NCBI GenBank assembly: GCA_041489255.1
Contig: JBGPQV010000001.1
Location: 288,001-352,000 of the forward strand
Direction of reading: 5' to 3'
DNA length: 64,000 nucleotides
Source: Thermoplasmata archaeon
GTDB taxonomy: Archaea; Thermoplasmatota; Thermoplasmata; RBG-16-68-12; JAFNFQ01
The notes under the pieces were generated by a model. It did not search any database, was not told the DNA's origin, and saw nothing but the letters and a program-made list of their open reading frames with translations. A program made the translations under genes and the position numbers. Shown piece after piece: positions 1 to 10,283 of this stretch; within the stretch, counting starts at the first letter, position 1, and every line of letters starts with the position of its first letter.

Positions 1-4
1 GGTC

Positions 5-988
5 GTGCTCGCCCTCCTGGTTCCCTCAGGCGGAGCCCTCGGCTCCGTCAGTTGTGCCGGCAACTACTGCGACGTGACGACCGACAGCATCGAGTACCGC
101 TATTTCCCGAACGACGCGATCACCATGCGGGACTACGGCGTCGCCACGGATGGCGGGGGCAAGCACATCGTCTTCACTCTAATTCAGGCCGGATCGTTCG
201 AGACCTCGGAGCCTGACGAGCATGGCAGGACTGTCTCGATCATGGGAGGCAGGGCATCCATCGAGACTCACGACAGCGCGCATGCCACCCTGATCTACAG
301 GGCCTCGCAACCCAGCAATGTGATATTCTCCTTGGATTCAGGGATTGGGGCCGTGTCGTTCGGCAGCAGCGCGATAATAGGCGACTCCGAGATGCTCGCT
401 GACATGGCCGTCACCGAAGGACGCGCAATAGAGAAGTCGGTGGACAATGTGATGGTGGGTTTGCAGCCGGGAGACATCTTGACGTTCCGCGTCCAGGGAC
501 CCTCGGGCAGCCTCGGCAATCTGCTCGCATCGGGGAACCTCGATGCCGAGTTGGACGTGAGGACGGTCGGTCCAACCGTCGATTCCGACCTAACGGCGTT
601 CAGAAGCACGGCCATCATGACCGTGGACTCGGTCGCATCTGACCGCGCGTCGTTCTCATTCTCAGGGCTCGGGGCCTCTCCCGTCGTCATCGTCGACCTT
701 TCCAATGACTTGTACGCGCCCCTGAAGGACAGCACGGCAGTGAAGGTAGACGGCCAAGCGCTCATCCGGTTCGATGATGTGAAGGACTTCCTCGGGAGCT
801 CCGAGAAAGGCTTCGCGGTGGCGGAAGGCGTGGACTACGCCGAAATGCTCGTCCGGCTTGACTCTCAATCAGGTTCGCTGACTATCGAGAAGATCGGCCT
901 CGACCCGCTCTTGGTGGTTGCGGTGCTCATGTCCATGTCCCTGTGCGTGGCTGCGGCCGTTTTCCTTTTCAGGCGGAAGACCCACTAG
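5..988 (+). CDS. Hypothetical secreted/surface protein with C-terminal membrane anchor (possibly 5'-truncated by window edge)
   Basis: Hydrophobic N-terminus, beta-rich body, C-terminal TM (LLVVAVLMSMSLCVAAAVFLF) then RRK; GC3-rich codons. Confidence 0.7.
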   Translation: MLALLVPSGGALGSVSCAGNYCDVTTDSIEYRYFPNDAITMRDYGVATDGGGKHIVFTLIQAGSFETSEPDEHGRTVSIMGGRASIETHDSAHATLIYRASQPSNVIFSLDSGIGAVSFGSSAIIGDSEMLADMAVTEGRAIEKSVDNVMVGLQPGDILTFRVQGPSGSLGNLLASGNLDAELDVRTVGPTVDSDLTAFRSTAIMTVDSVASDRASFSFSGLGASPVVIVDLSNDLYAPLKDSTAVKVDGQALIRFDDVKDFLGSSEKGFAVAEGVDYAEMLVRLDSQSGSLTIEKIGLDPLLVVAVLMSMSLCVAAAVFLFRRKTH

Positions 989-1583
989 TCCTAATCGGCC
1001 TGCCGGCCTTCGCGTAAATCCTCTTGATCGCCGAGGCGAGAGCGCATCCTCTGTGGAGCGTCTTCTGTTCGACCCTGATATGCTGGATGAGTGCCCTAAC
1101 CCGCCCTACCTCGATGATGTCACCAACGCAGAACTCTCTTTCCGGAGCGACGAAAATCTCCTTCGGTGAGCCCCTTCCAGCCTTCACCAAGGTTACTTTA
1201 ATTCTGACCATATCCGCGCGCTTCGCCCAGACCGTGTCGATGTGGCGGGCAGTGCACTCTGGGATGCGCCGCCCTTCCGACTCTATCGCGGTCACTTCAG
1301 CCTTACCCGAAGAGAGTTCCAAAAGGTCACCGACTCTCAGCAGGACGTCCGGGCCAAACTCCGTCTCGATCCTCTGAGAATCCTTCATCCAGCTGACAAT
1401 CACGGGGATTTTCAACGCCTTGGGCTCCCTGATGGTGATGTCGGATATCCTGCCACATGTTTGGCACTTCACGACTCCCTGGAAGACAATATCCCGTCGG
1501 CCAGACAGCTTTCCCTTGATCACCCTGTGCAGCACCTCGCCGCAATTCTCGCAGTTCGCCATGACGGCGCTTGGAGTGGCCAC
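969..1583 (-). CDS. HVO_0476-family archaeal zinc-finger protein
   Basis: CENCG...HRVIK...VKCQTCG; IPVIVSW; TAIE; DTVWAK pattern typical of this archaeal family. Confidence 0.8.
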   Translation of the reverse strand: MATPSAVMANCENCGEVLHRVIKGKLSGRRDIVFQGVVKCQTCGRISDITIREPKALKIPVIVSWMKDSQRIETEFGPDVLLRVGDLLELSSGKAEVTAIESEGRRIPECTARHIDTVWAKRADMVRIKVTLVKAGRGSPKEIFVAPEREFCVGDIIEVGRVRALIQHIRVEQKTLHRGCALASAIKRIYAKAGRPIRTSGSSA

Positions 1584-1613
1584 GAACCGCCATACGGGAG
1601 ACCGGCAAAAAGG

Positions 1614-2501
1614 TTACCGGAGACGAAGCTTCCAACCGCATTCGGAAATTGCTTTTCCCATCCATTCCCAGAGGCGTTTACCGCAACGAGGGCACCGAGC
1701 ATGTTCGAGAAAAGTCTCAACCCACGCCTCGCGGACCTCTGGTATCTTCTCTGCCTTCATCTTGGCCAGCATTTCCTTCAGCTCTGCTGTCGTGGCGAGA
1801 GGTTCGAGCTTGTCGAGGTTTATGGTAGCCCGGCCTGCCTTCTTTTTGCTGAGTCTGGTCACGGCTGGCGCCATGAAGAATCCCGCGATTACCCCACCGA
1901 TGTGCGCCTCGAACGCGACCCCGGGGATGATGTATATGAGCAGGCTCGAAAGCAGGATGAATCCGATGGCCAACCAGAACACAGGGATGGCGGGCATCAT
2001 CATTCCGGGGAAGAACAGGGTCACCTTCTCCCGAGGATAGAGTCTTGCATAGGCTCCGAGTTCTGCCGATATCGCTCCGGACGCGCCCAAGACGAAGACG
2101 ACTTCGCCATAGTGTATGAAATAGAAAGTGAGGCTGCCGATCAATCCTCCGACGATGAAAATCAGCGCGAACGCCGGCGTCCCGATGCGGTCCTCCAGGG
2201 CCGCCCCTATGAAGATGAGCGCAGCCATATTGAAGCCCAAGTGGAGCAGGTTCTGGTGCACGAACATCGTCGTGAAGAACGAAGGGATCACATCCAGTTT
2301 CCATGTCCCGGTCACCAAGACCAGTTGAGCATATCCTCCGGACCAGCTTGGATCACCCCAGAACCTGGAGGTCGCCGCAAGCAGCGCGTAAATCGTGATT
2401 GCTGCGATCGTTATCGTCAGGCTGAGAGGCGCTTTGCGCACGAATGCGTAGACGAAGGCGCCTATGATCAACACGACTGCGACCGTAGCTACGATGTCCA
2501 C
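1614..2501 (-). CDS. Rhomboid intramembrane serine protease with C-terminal Zn-ribbon
   Basis: HLGFNM, GASGAIS (catalytic Ser), AHIGG (catalytic His); C-terminal CPRC...SECG. Confidence 0.92.
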   Translation of the reverse strand: MDIVATVAVVLIIGAFVYAFVRKAPLSLTITIAAITIYALLAATSRFWGDPSWSGGYAQLVLVTGTWKLDVIPSFFTTMFVHQNLLHLGFNMAALIFIGAALEDRIGTPAFALIFIVGGLIGSLTFYFIHYGEVVFVLGASGAISAELGAYARLYPREKVTLFFPGMMMPAIPVFWLAIGFILLSSLLIYIIPGVAFEAHIGGVIAGFFMAPAVTRLSKKKAGRATINLDKLEPLATTAELKEMLAKMKAEKIPEVREAWVETFLEHARCPRCGKRLWEWMGKAISECGWKLRLR

Positions 2502-2620
2502 GAGCCTCGAATCGCGGGAGCCTATTTAACGAAACCGCGGCTCCGCATCTCCAGCATCACGCTTTCCTCCATGAGCCGATTCACAGACTTTATTAGCCTC
2601 TGCCAGTATTCGAATGCGAA

Positions 2621-3916
2621 ATGAAGGTAGCAGTCATCGGCATGGGCTATGTCGGCGTGCCGGTTGCCGCCGCCCTGGCCGACGCTGGCAACAAGGTCGT
2701 GGGCATTGACATCTTGCCCAAGAAGGTCGAGCTCCTGAACAAGGGCAAGGGACCCATCGGCGGCAAGGAGCCCGGCCTCGACGATCTCATCAAGCTCAAC
2801 GTCCAGAAGAAGAGGCTCAGGGCCTCAATGGATTACGGGGAGTGCAGGACGGCCAAAGCCGTCATCGTGTCGGTCGAGACGCCAATCAACGACAAGACGA
2901 AGGACGCGAACTACAGGCCGCTGAAGGCCGCGCTGAGGAGCCTCGGGGCGAACCTTCGCGAGAAGACCTTGGTCTCCGTGGAATCGACACTCTCGCCAGG
3001 CACGATGGAGAAGATTATCAAGCCGACCCTGCAGCACAGGTCCGGGATGAAGGTCGGCAGGGACTTCTATCTGGTGCACGCGCCGGAGCGGGTGACCGCG
3101 GGGAAACTCTTGAGCAACCTCCGCACCGTCGATCGTGTGATAGGCGCGAATGACCCCGGAAGTTTGAAGGCCGCCATCAAGCTCTACTCGACAATCACCA
3201 GGGGCAAATTGCACCCGACGAACTGGGTCACGTCGGAGATAGTGAAGGCGGCAGAGAACGCCTACTGGGATGTGCAGATAGGTTTCGCCAACGAGATAGC
3301 CCTCGTGTGCGAGGACCTCGGGGCGAATGCCTATGAGGTCAGGGAGTTGGTCAACACATGCCCTTTCAGGAATATGCTACTCCCAGGGGCGGGCGTTGGT
3401 GGCCCGTGCATCCCCAAGGACCCGTGGCTCCTAGTGTCCAGCACGTCTCAGGGGAAGGTCTCCATCATACCAGCCGCGAGGGAGATCAACGAGTTCATGC
3501 CCGAACGCCTCGCCCAGCTGGCAGAGGAGGGGTTGAGGGAGGCGGGAAGGCGCATCAAGGGAGCGAGGATTGCGGTCCTCGGTTTCTCCTACAGGGAGGA
3601 GACCGAAGACACGAGGAACACTCCATCGGTCAAGGTGATTCGCGAGCTGAGACGGAAGGGCGCGGAAGTCGTCATCCACGACCCGTACGCGCCTTCACAG
3701 CGCGGTTATCACATTATCCGTGACCTCAACAAGGCGGTTCGGAAGGCCGACGCCCTCGTGATAGTCACGGGCCACAGGGCATACCGCAAGATGGACCTCG
3801 CCAAGATAGGGCGGAAGATGAGGCGCAGGGTCATCGTGGACGGCAGGAACGTCTTCCCACAGGGGCTTGGCGGCAGAAGGTTCGTCTACAGGGGCCTCGG
3901 GAAGGGCGACTACTAG
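2621..3916 (+). CDS. Nucleotide-sugar 6-dehydrogenase (UDP-GlcNAc/ManNAc dehydrogenase, WbpA/WecC-like)
   Basis: GMGYVG Rossmann motif, VESTLSPGT, PERV, GVGGPCIPKD, DTRNTP. Confidence 0.92.
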   Translation: MKVAVIGMGYVGVPVAAALADAGNKVVGIDILPKKVELLNKGKGPIGGKEPGLDDLIKLNVQKKRLRASMDYGECRTAKAVIVSVETPINDKTKDANYRPLKAALRSLGANLREKTLVSVESTLSPGTMEKIIKPTLQHRSGMKVGRDFYLVHAPERVTAGKLLSNLRTVDRVIGANDPGSLKAAIKLYSTITRGKLHPTNWVTSEIVKAAENAYWDVQIGFANEIALVCEDLGANAYEVRELVNTCPFRNMLLPGAGVGGPCIPKDPWLLVSSTSQGKVSIIPAAREINEFMPERLAQLAEEGLREAGRRIKGARIAVLGFSYREETEDTRNTPSVKVIRELRRKGAEVVIHDPYAPSQRGYHIIRDLNKAVRKADALVIVTGHRAYRKMDLAKIGRKMRRRVIVDGRNVFPQGLGGRRFVYRGLGKGDY

Positions 3917-4890
3917 TCCAGCTTCACGACCTTGCCCTGTCTTTGAGAACGCAGGGCGGCCTCGGCCACGCGCAATGTCTCCATCGCATCTCTGCCTGTT
4001 GCCAAGGGCTTGCACTTCTTCTTGATTGCGTCGAAGAAGTCTTCAAGCTCCAGCTTCAAGGGTTCCTTCTTCTGGAGGGAGACGTGTCGTATGTCGTACT
4101 CGAATGGAACCTGGTAGAGGTTGAATGGGTCGTATTTCATCAGCGTCGAGGATGATATCGTGACAGACTGAGTCGTGTAGTCCATCTCGACGAAGGTCTT
4201 CAAACAGGTGAGCGACAGCTTGCGCACCTTCATCGGGGTCAGCCAGTTGACTTCGACGAAACCGGTGACGCCATTCTCGAAGCTCATCAGGATGTTCGCA
4301 TGATCCTCGAACTTCTCATGCATCTCCCTGCCGCCTAGCGTGTAGACGGACTTGACCGGCCTCCCTATCAGATAGCGGAGGACGTCCATGTCGTGTATGC
4401 CCAAGTCCATGATCACGCCGACGTCCCTCACTCTTGCGGGCAGGGAACTCACTCGCCTCGTCGAAGCGGTGATGAGCTGCCCGTACTCGTTTGCCTGCAG
4501 CGCCTTCTTCGCGAAACGCACGACGGGGTTGTGCCGCTCAATGTGACCTACGGCGAGCACCAGACCGAGGTCCTCCGCGGTCTCCACCAGCTTCTCCGCC
4601 TGGCGCAAGTTGGAGCAGATCGGCTTCTCGACCAGGACATGCAGGCCAGCCGCCAAGGCGGCATTGGCCATTTCATAGTGCAAGTTCGTCGGTGCCGCAA
4701 TGACAACAGCGTCGAGTTTCTCCTTCAGCAGGTCCTTGTAGTTTATGAAGTAGCTGACGCTGAACTTGTCCGAGACCGCCGCTCCGATCTTGACGTTCGT
4801 GTCGGCCACCCCGACGAGACGCGCCATCTCCGACAGCACCCTCGCGTGGTTCTGGCCCATCGACCCTACGCCTATGACGCCGACTCTCAT
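3913..4890 (-). CDS. Gfo/Idh/MocA oxidoreductase, probable UDP-GlcNAc(A) 3-dehydrogenase (WbpB-like)
   Basis: MRVGVIGVGSMG, VLVEKP, GHIERHNP, DLGIHDMD; start re-assigned to ATG 4890. Confidence 0.88.
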   Translation of the reverse strand: MRVGVIGVGSMGQNHARVLSEMARLVGVADTNVKIGAAVSDKFSVSYFINYKDLLKEKLDAVVIAAPTNLHYEMANAALAAGLHVLVEKPICSNLRQAEKLVETAEDLGLVLAVGHIERHNPVVRFAKKALQANEYGQLITASTRRVSSLPARVRDVGVIMDLGIHDMDVLRYLIGRPVKSVYTLGGREMHEKFEDHANILMSFENGVTGFVEVNWLTPMKVRKLSLTCLKTFVEMDYTTQSVTISSSTLMKYDPFNLYQVPFEYDIRHVSLQKKEPLKLELEDFFDAIKKKCKPLATGRDAMETLRVAEAALRSQRQGKVVKLD

Positions 4891-5009
4891 GGGAAACGCT
4901 CCGGTATCTCCGGCTGCCCAATAAAAGTATGCGAGGAAGGACGAGGGGACTCTGTCGAGGTTCAAGTTGATACTCGGGAAGGAGGCCCCAGAAGGGCGGG
5001 AAGGACAGG

Positions 5010-5222
5010 ATGGCGGTGGCGAAGGCGTTCATGCTCATGTCGATGCCGTTCGTGCTCGCGGAGGTGGCAACCGGTGTGGTGTCTTACCTCACCGGGCAGC
5101 TGTCGATACCGCCGTCGGTCGGACCAGGCACCGCCGTGGATCTCGCGATTCTCGTGGTAGGTCTAGCCGTCCAAGGACTCACGGTGTTCCGACCGGGACG
5201 AAGCTCAGTGCAAAGAGCGTAG
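5010..5222 (+). CDS. Small two-TM hypothetical protein
   Basis: 70 aa with two hydrophobic stretches, purine-rich upstream sequence; fills an otherwise empty gap. Confidence 0.5.
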   Translation: MAVAKAFMLMSMPFVLAEVATGVVSYLTGQLSIPPSVGPGTAVDLAILVVGLAVQGLTVFRPGRSSVQRA

Positions 5223-5331
5223 ATTCGTTGAATTCGGCATGGTCGGGCATCGCTTATGTGACACGGTTCGTTGCCGCCGCGATTTCCGAGGTTGAGCCAC
5301 CGCCAATTTGTGGTTTAGCGGGGAGGGAAGG

Positions 5332-5447
5332 CCTTACATCATCCTTACATCCCCCTTACGGATGCTCATCAAGCGGCATACTCCACGCTGTCCTCCCCCT
5401 GACACATCTCGTGCTTTGGTCTCTTGCTACATCCCCGCCTACCTTAT
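5332..5447 (+). repeat. Degenerate 11-bp-period direct repeat array (CCTTAC core)
   Basis: CCTTAC at 5332, 5343, 5354; in-phase variants GCATAC 5376, CCTGAC 5398, CCTTAT 5442. Confidence 0.7.
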
Positions 5448-5504
5448 TTGTACGGTCCACGCCAACAATCATAGCGCCCTTTCGCGGGGGCAGAAGGAAT
5501 ATCG

Positions 5505-5915
5505 ATGAGACTCAGAAACATATTTGGGAATAGGTACAGCGGGACGATAGGGAAGGACATGGTCGCGTCTTCATGGATGGGGATCCGCTACATGCGCGAG
5601 TACAAGGTCCCCATGGACCCGAAGACCGAGCAACAGCTGCAGCACAGGGCGCTATTCGCCAAGGCGGTTGAGACATGGCACGCACTCGATCCCCGCCAGC
5701 GGGAGTTGTACAACAAAGCCGCTGTCAGGATGACTGGGTACAACCTCTTCATAAGACAGTACATTGAGGCGGTGAGAAACAGACGGGAACCGGAGATCAT
5801 GCAACCGGCTGAAGAAACGGTTCAGAGTGGGGACAAGAGAGATCAGGAGATCTCGAAAGACAACCGAGAAGACACGGCGGATTGCCCTGACACCCTATCC
5901 TCCATCTTCGAGTAA
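5505..5915 (+). CDS. Hypothetical basic protein, DUF6266-like N-terminal module
   Basis: YSGTIGK..V..W.G..Y.R.Y..P.DPKTEQQ..HR..F...V..W..L...Q...YN..A..MTGYNLF; AAGGA upstream. Family recalled from motif only. Confidence 0.7.
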   Translation: MRLRNIFGNRYSGTIGKDMVASSWMGIRYMREYKVPMDPKTEQQLQHRALFAKAVETWHALDPRQRELYNKAAVRMTGYNLFIRQYIEAVRNRREPEIMQPAEETVQSGDKRDQEISKDNREDTADCPDTLSSIFE

Positions 5916-5976
5916 TCGGAGATGAAGCCGGGATGGCCGTGGCCGCTGCCATCGAGGAGTCGCTCCAGACGTGAGC

Positions 5977-6120
5977 TTACTTCGCGAACTTGGCGGGGTT
6001 CTTGTCGAACTTCGCCTTGCAGCCGGGGTTGCAGAAGTAGTACGTCTTGCCCATGTAAGTGGAACTGCCCGCCGCGAACTTAGGGTCGACCATCATGCCA
6101 CAAATCGGATCCTTTTCCAT
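5977..6120 (-). CDS. YHS/TRASH-domain metallochaperone (47 aa; below ORF-track cut-off)
   Basis: Manual translation [47 protein letters not shown]; SD AGGAGGTGA; directly downstream of copA. Confidence 0.9.
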   Translation of the reverse strand: MEKDPICGMMVDPKFAAGSSTYMGKTYYFCNPGCKAKFDKNPAKFAK

Positions 6121-6132
6121 CGATTCACCTCC

Positions 6133-8214
6133 TCAGCCCATCTCGGGCCGGAATCTTCTCAACAGAAGAGTGTTACCAACCACGGTCACGGAGCTGAACC
6201 CCATCGCAGCACCCGCCAGAATCGGGTTGAGGATGATGCCAGCGAATGCGAGGGCCCCCGCCGCCACGGGGATCAATGCGACGTTGTAGAAGAACGCCCA
6301 GAACAGGTTCTGCTTCACCTTGCCGATGGTCTTCCTGCTCAACTGAATCGATGCCACGACGTCCCTGAGGTCGTCCTTGATGAGAATGATGCCGCCAGCT
6401 TCCATCGCGATGTCGGTGCCGCTGCCCACAGCAATCCCCACGTCCGATTGGGCTATCGCGGGAGCGTCGTTGATGCCGTCGCCGACCATCGCGACGACCT
6501 CGCCCTTCTGCTGCAGGTCCTTGATCTTCTGAGCCTTCTCTCCGGGGAAGACCTCTGCAATCACGCTGTCGAGGCCGAGCTGCTTTCCAATCGCATCCGC
6601 GGTCCTCCTGTTGTCTCCGGTCAACATCACGACCTTCACGCCCATCTTCCTGAGCGCTTTCACCGCCGCAACCGAGTTGTCCTTGAGGGTGTCAGCGACC
6701 GCGATTATCCCCGCCAGCTTCCCGTCCACCGCCAGGATCATTCCGGTCTTTCCATCCTGCTCAAGCCTCTTGAGCGACTCCTCGGCGGCATCCACTCCCA
6801 AGCCGCCATTCGACATCAAAGCGCGATTCCCCAGGAGGATGTCATGCCCTTCCACCTTCGCCTTGATCCCCTGGCCCGGCACAGCTTCGAATCCGGTTAG
6901 TTCAGGGATCCCGATGCCGCCTTCCTCCGCCTTCACTACGATCGCCCTGCCAATCGGATGCTCGGACCCCTTCTCCGCGCCCGCGGCGAGCCTCAGCACT
7001 TCCTTTGGATCCATCTGCCCGATCGGCACGATGTCTGTCACTGATGGCTTGCCTTTGGTCAGCGTGCCTGTCTTGTCGAAGACAACGGTGGTGAGCTTCA
7101 TCGATCTCTCGAGGTACTCTCCGCCCTTGATCAGCAACCCGTTCTCCGCTCCCTTCCCCGTTCCCACGACTATCGCTATCGGGGTCGCGAGGCCCAGCGC
7201 GCAGGGGCAGGCGATTATCAGCACCGCCACCATGATCGACAGGGAGAACGGGAACGTCTCCCTGAGCACGAGATACCATACGGCGAACGATAGCAGCGAG
7301 ACCGCCACGACCGTCGGAACGAAATATGAGGCGACCCTGTCCGCAAGCCTTTGAATCGGCGTGCGGGACATCTGGGCGTCCTCTACCAGCTTGATGATCT
7401 GAGATAGTGTTGAGTCGAATCCGACCTTCGTCGCTTTGACCTTCAGCATCCCCACCTTGTTCCCCGTCGCGCCGAACACCTCAGCGCCGGGGGCCTTCTC
7501 CACCGGCATGCTCTCGCCCGTGACCATGGACTCGTCGACGGACGATTGGCCCTCCAGCACGATCCCATCGACGGGGATTTTCTCACCCGGCCTGATGACC
7601 ACGACCTCGTCGACCTCGACCTGCTCCACTGGCACCTCGACCTCGCGGCCTTCCCTGATCACCTTGGCGGTCTTGGGCTGCAGGTCCATGAGCTTCCTGA
7701 GCGCGTCCGATGCCTTGCCCCTCGCGATCTCCTCGAACAGCTTGCCTAGGAGTATCAACGCGACTATCAGCGCGGAAGCGTCGAAGTAGACCGCCCTCTG
7801 TGCCTCTGGTATGAGGTTGCCGGCGAAGGTCACCATGGTGCTGTAGACCCAAGCCGCCGTCGTGCCCATGGCGATGAGGACATCCATATTGGCGCTGCGG
7901 TTCCTCAGCGCGTCCCATGTGCCCCTGTAGAACCGCCATCCGATGACGAACTGCACCGGCGTCGCGAGGGCGAAGAGCAGGTAGTTGTTCAGGTCCATCG
8001 GGAGAAACGTGACCCAGGAGAATATCTCGGTGGGGATCGCGAGGGCGAAGCTGACCGCGACCATGACCTTCAGCTTCCTCAGCTCCTTCTCAGGCGCGAG
8101 GAACGCCTCCATGCATGACTCGGCGCAGAAGTAGTACGTCCTGCCCCGCACCACCGCCTTCAGGTGTGATGTGGACTCGTCGACGTACATTCCGCAGACA
8201 GGATCCTTCGCCAC
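6133..8214 (-). CDS. copA: Cu(I)-translocating P1B-type ATPase with N-terminal YHS domain
   Basis: KDPVCGM...YYFC..SC; [29 protein letters not shown]; probable GTG start 8214. Confidence 0.93.
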   Translation of the reverse strand: MAKDPVCGMYVDESTSHLKAVVRGRTYYFCAESCMEAFLAPEKELRKLKVMVAVSFALAIPTEIFSWVTFLPMDLNNYLLFALATPVQFVIGWRFYRGTWDALRNRSANMDVLIAMGTTAAWVYSTMVTFAGNLIPEAQRAVYFDASALIVALILLGKLFEEIARGKASDALRKLMDLQPKTAKVIREGREVEVPVEQVEVDEVVVIRPGEKIPVDGIVLEGQSSVDESMVTGESMPVEKAPGAEVFGATGNKVGMLKVKATKVGFDSTLSQIIKLVEDAQMSRTPIQRLADRVASYFVPTVVAVSLLSFAVWYLVLRETFPFSLSIMVAVLIIACPCALGLATPIAIVVGTGKGAENGLLIKGGEYLERSMKLTTVVFDKTGTLTKGKPSVTDIVPIGQMDPKEVLRLAAGAEKGSEHPIGRAIVVKAEEGGIGIPELTGFEAVPGQGIKAKVEGHDILLGNRALMSNGGLGVDAAEESLKRLEQDGKTGMILAVDGKLAGIIAVADTLKDNSVAAVKALRKMGVKVVMLTGDNRRTADAIGKQLGLDSVIAEVFPGEKAQKIKDLQQKGEVVAMVGDGINDAPAIAQSDVGIAVGSGTDIAMEAGGIILIKDDLRDVVASIQLSRKTIGKVKQNLFWAFFYNVALIPVAAGALAFAGIILNPILAGAAMGFSSVTVVGNTLLLRRFRPEMG

Positions 8215-8287
8215 TTGGCCACCTAGCACGTTTGTCAGAACCGGCTCGGTAAATGTGCTTTTGCCTTTCATCTGATGAAAGCGCTTC

Positions 8288-9385
8288 TCATTGACCTGCC
8301 GTCGACCTGATCACCGCGACCGCGGTCTCCAAGCCGTTCCGCGGGACGAGCGGGTGGACGGGGAGCTCAAGCAGTCTCGGCAGAACTTCCTCTGCGACCT
8401 TGCACTTGCGGGCCCTGACCATTCCCTTCAGGGCTTTCTGGCGGTAGAGTGGGACCGGATAGCTCGGTTTCGACGCTATCCCTTCGGCCCCGAGTTTCCC
8501 GATGAGATCCTCTCTGCTGCAGGGGAAATCCTGCTCCAACCTGAGGATGTACTGGTAGTATGTGTGGAGACGGTCAGGACCCTCCATCGGCGGCGTGACC
8601 GACCCGATGCCGGTCAGCCCGTTCGTCAGAATCGCCGCGTTCTGCCTCCTGCGGGTAATGAAATTGTCCAGCCTCTTCAACTGGACAAGCCCCAATGCCG
8701 CCGCGACCTCGGTCATCCTGTAGTTGTAGCCGAGTATGACGTGCTCGTACTTGGATTCCTGGCCGTGGTCTCTGAGGAGGCGGCACTTCCGGGCAATCTC
8801 ATCGTCGTTCGTGACGACCATGCCCCCCTCGGCGGTGGTCATCGTCTTCGTCGCGTAGAAGCTGAAACATGCGGCGTCACCCATGGACCCCGCCTTCCTC
8901 CCTTTGTACACCGCGCCATGAGCCTGCGCCGCGTCCTCCAGAACCACCACTCCTTTCTCCCGCGCGAGCTCGAGCAGCGGATCCATGTCCGCCGCCTGTC
9001 CGTATAGGTGGACAGGGATCATCACCTTCGTCTTTGGACTCAGGGCTTTCTTCGCGTCTCTTGGGTCCATCGTGTACAGGTCTTTCTCCACATCAGCGAA
9101 AGTCGGACGACCGCCGCACATCAGGACCGTCGAGGCGGTTGCGAAGAAAGTGAGCGGCGGTACCACGACCTCCTTCCCCGGCTTGACGCCTATCGCGATG
9201 AGGGCGACGTGCAGCGCGGCCGTCCCCGAGTTCACCGCCACGGCGTTCTTCACTCCGATGTACTCGGCGAAGGCCTTCTCGAATGCCGCGACCTTCGGTC
9301 CCTGGACCACCATGCCGCTCTCCAAGACTTCCTTGATCGCGTTCAGTTCCTCCGCACCGAACGACGGTCTGCCGGTAGGAATCAT
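8288..9385 (-). CDS. DegT/DnrJ/EryC1/StrS sugar aminotransferase (WbpE-like)
   Basis: [28 protein letters not shown] (PLP Lys), GYNYRM; start at ATG 9385. Confidence 0.92.
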   Translation of the reverse strand: MIPTGRPSFGAEELNAIKEVLESGMVVQGPKVAAFEKAFAEYIGVKNAVAVNSGTAALHVALIAIGVKPGKEVVVPPLTFFATASTVLMCGGRPTFADVEKDLYTMDPRDAKKALSPKTKVMIPVHLYGQAADMDPLLELAREKGVVVLEDAAQAHGAVYKGRKAGSMGDAACFSFYATKTMTTAEGGMVVTNDDEIARKCRLLRDHGQESKYEHVILGYNYRMTEVAAALGLVQLKRLDNFITRRRQNAAILTNGLTGIGSVTPPMEGPDRLHTYYQYILRLEQDFPCSREDLIGKLGAEGIASKPSYPVPLYRQKALKGMVRARKCKVAEEVLPRLLELPVHPLVPRNGLETAVAVIRSTAGQ

Positions 9386-9451
9386 ATCCGCTGCAAACCC
9401 CTCTGGCGATTTCAAGCTTGCCTTTCTGGGTCATCGCAACTTGCTGAGCCT

Positions 9452-9757
9452 CAGAAGTGTCACTATGTTCGGCACATGGTAAATCCTGCAGATTAACAGA
9501 AGCCTGGCTCGACGTACGAAGAGATCGAGGACCTACTTCGGAGTGAGGGGTTCGATGTCGAGAGTCGGGTGGTCGAGTTTGCGCCCGAGCTTCTACACCG
9601 TCGACGCTCATCCCTGTCCAAGTTCACATTGAGAGTGATAACGGCGAAGGGCAAGGCATTGCGGGCAATGCCTGTTCTCGGGCCAAGAGGCAGTCATGTG
9701 AGAGTGATAGCGCGGCTCGAGGGGACTACTTCCTCCGACTCCGGGCGGAAGCCCTGA
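9452..9757 (+). pseudogene. Possible 3' remnant of a class I methyltransferase-like gene
   Basis: Frame reads ...HMVNPAD*QKPGSTYEEIEDLLRSEGFDVES... with in-frame TAA at 9494-9496; resembles the GYT.EEL..LL...GF.V segment of glycan-locus methyltransferases. Confidence 0.3.
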
Positions 9758-10283
9758 CGGGCAGCTTCTTCCTGCAATGAGAGCACCAGAACGACTTATC
9801 GAGAACGCGACCGCAGGTGCAGACATAGCCTGCGAATCTGGCGGGATTGCCGACAACGAGCATGTGGTCTGGCACATCATCCGTCACGACGGCCCCCGCA
9901 CCGACCATGGCGTTCTTGCCTATTGTCACGCCGCACAGTATCGTGGCGTTCGCCCCGATCGAGGCACCGTCCTTGACCTTGGTTGCTACAATCTTCCAAT
10001 CCGACGATACCGCCCGAGGGTATGGATCGTTGGTGAAGCAGACATGCGGGCCGATGAACACGTCATTGCCGACCGTCAGCCCGTTGTAAAGCGTTGCGAA
10101 GTTCTGTATCTTGCAGTTGTCCCCAACGACAACACGCACATCGATGTAGACAGATTTGCCCAAGTGACAGTTCCTACCGACCTTCGCCTTCTCACGAATC
10201 TGCACCTCGTTCCAGACCTTCGTGCCATCTCCGATCTTCGCGTCATTCGACACCTCTGCGGAACGGTGGATGAAAACCGACAT
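9726..10283 (-). CDS. Hexapeptide-repeat N-acetyltransferase (WbpD/WlbB-like) with C-terminal Zn-ribbon
   Basis: Left-handed beta-helix repeats, FIGPHVCFTND, ASIGANATI, VVGNPAR, CTCG...CSHC. Confidence 0.9.
   Translation of the reverse strand: MSVFIHRSAEVSNDAKIGDGTKVWNEVQIREKAKVGRNCHLGKSVYIDVRVVVGDNCKIQNFATLYNGLTVGNDVFIGPHVCFTNDPYPRAVSSDWKIVATKVKDGASIGANATILCGVTIGKNAMVGAGAVVTDDVPDHMLVVGNPARFAGYVCTCGRVLDKSFWCSHCRKKLPVRASARSRRK

Noticed and set aside
1242-2624. 460-aa plus-strand ORF and many similar long ORFs (e.g. 23011-24270, 35844-36872, 62596-63759)
   Set aside because: Antisense shadows of well-supported GC3-rich genes; no motifs
5332-5447. Repeat array as CRISPR or as plasmid iterons
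   Set aside because: Unit is only 11 bp with no spacers; no cas or rep gene recognised
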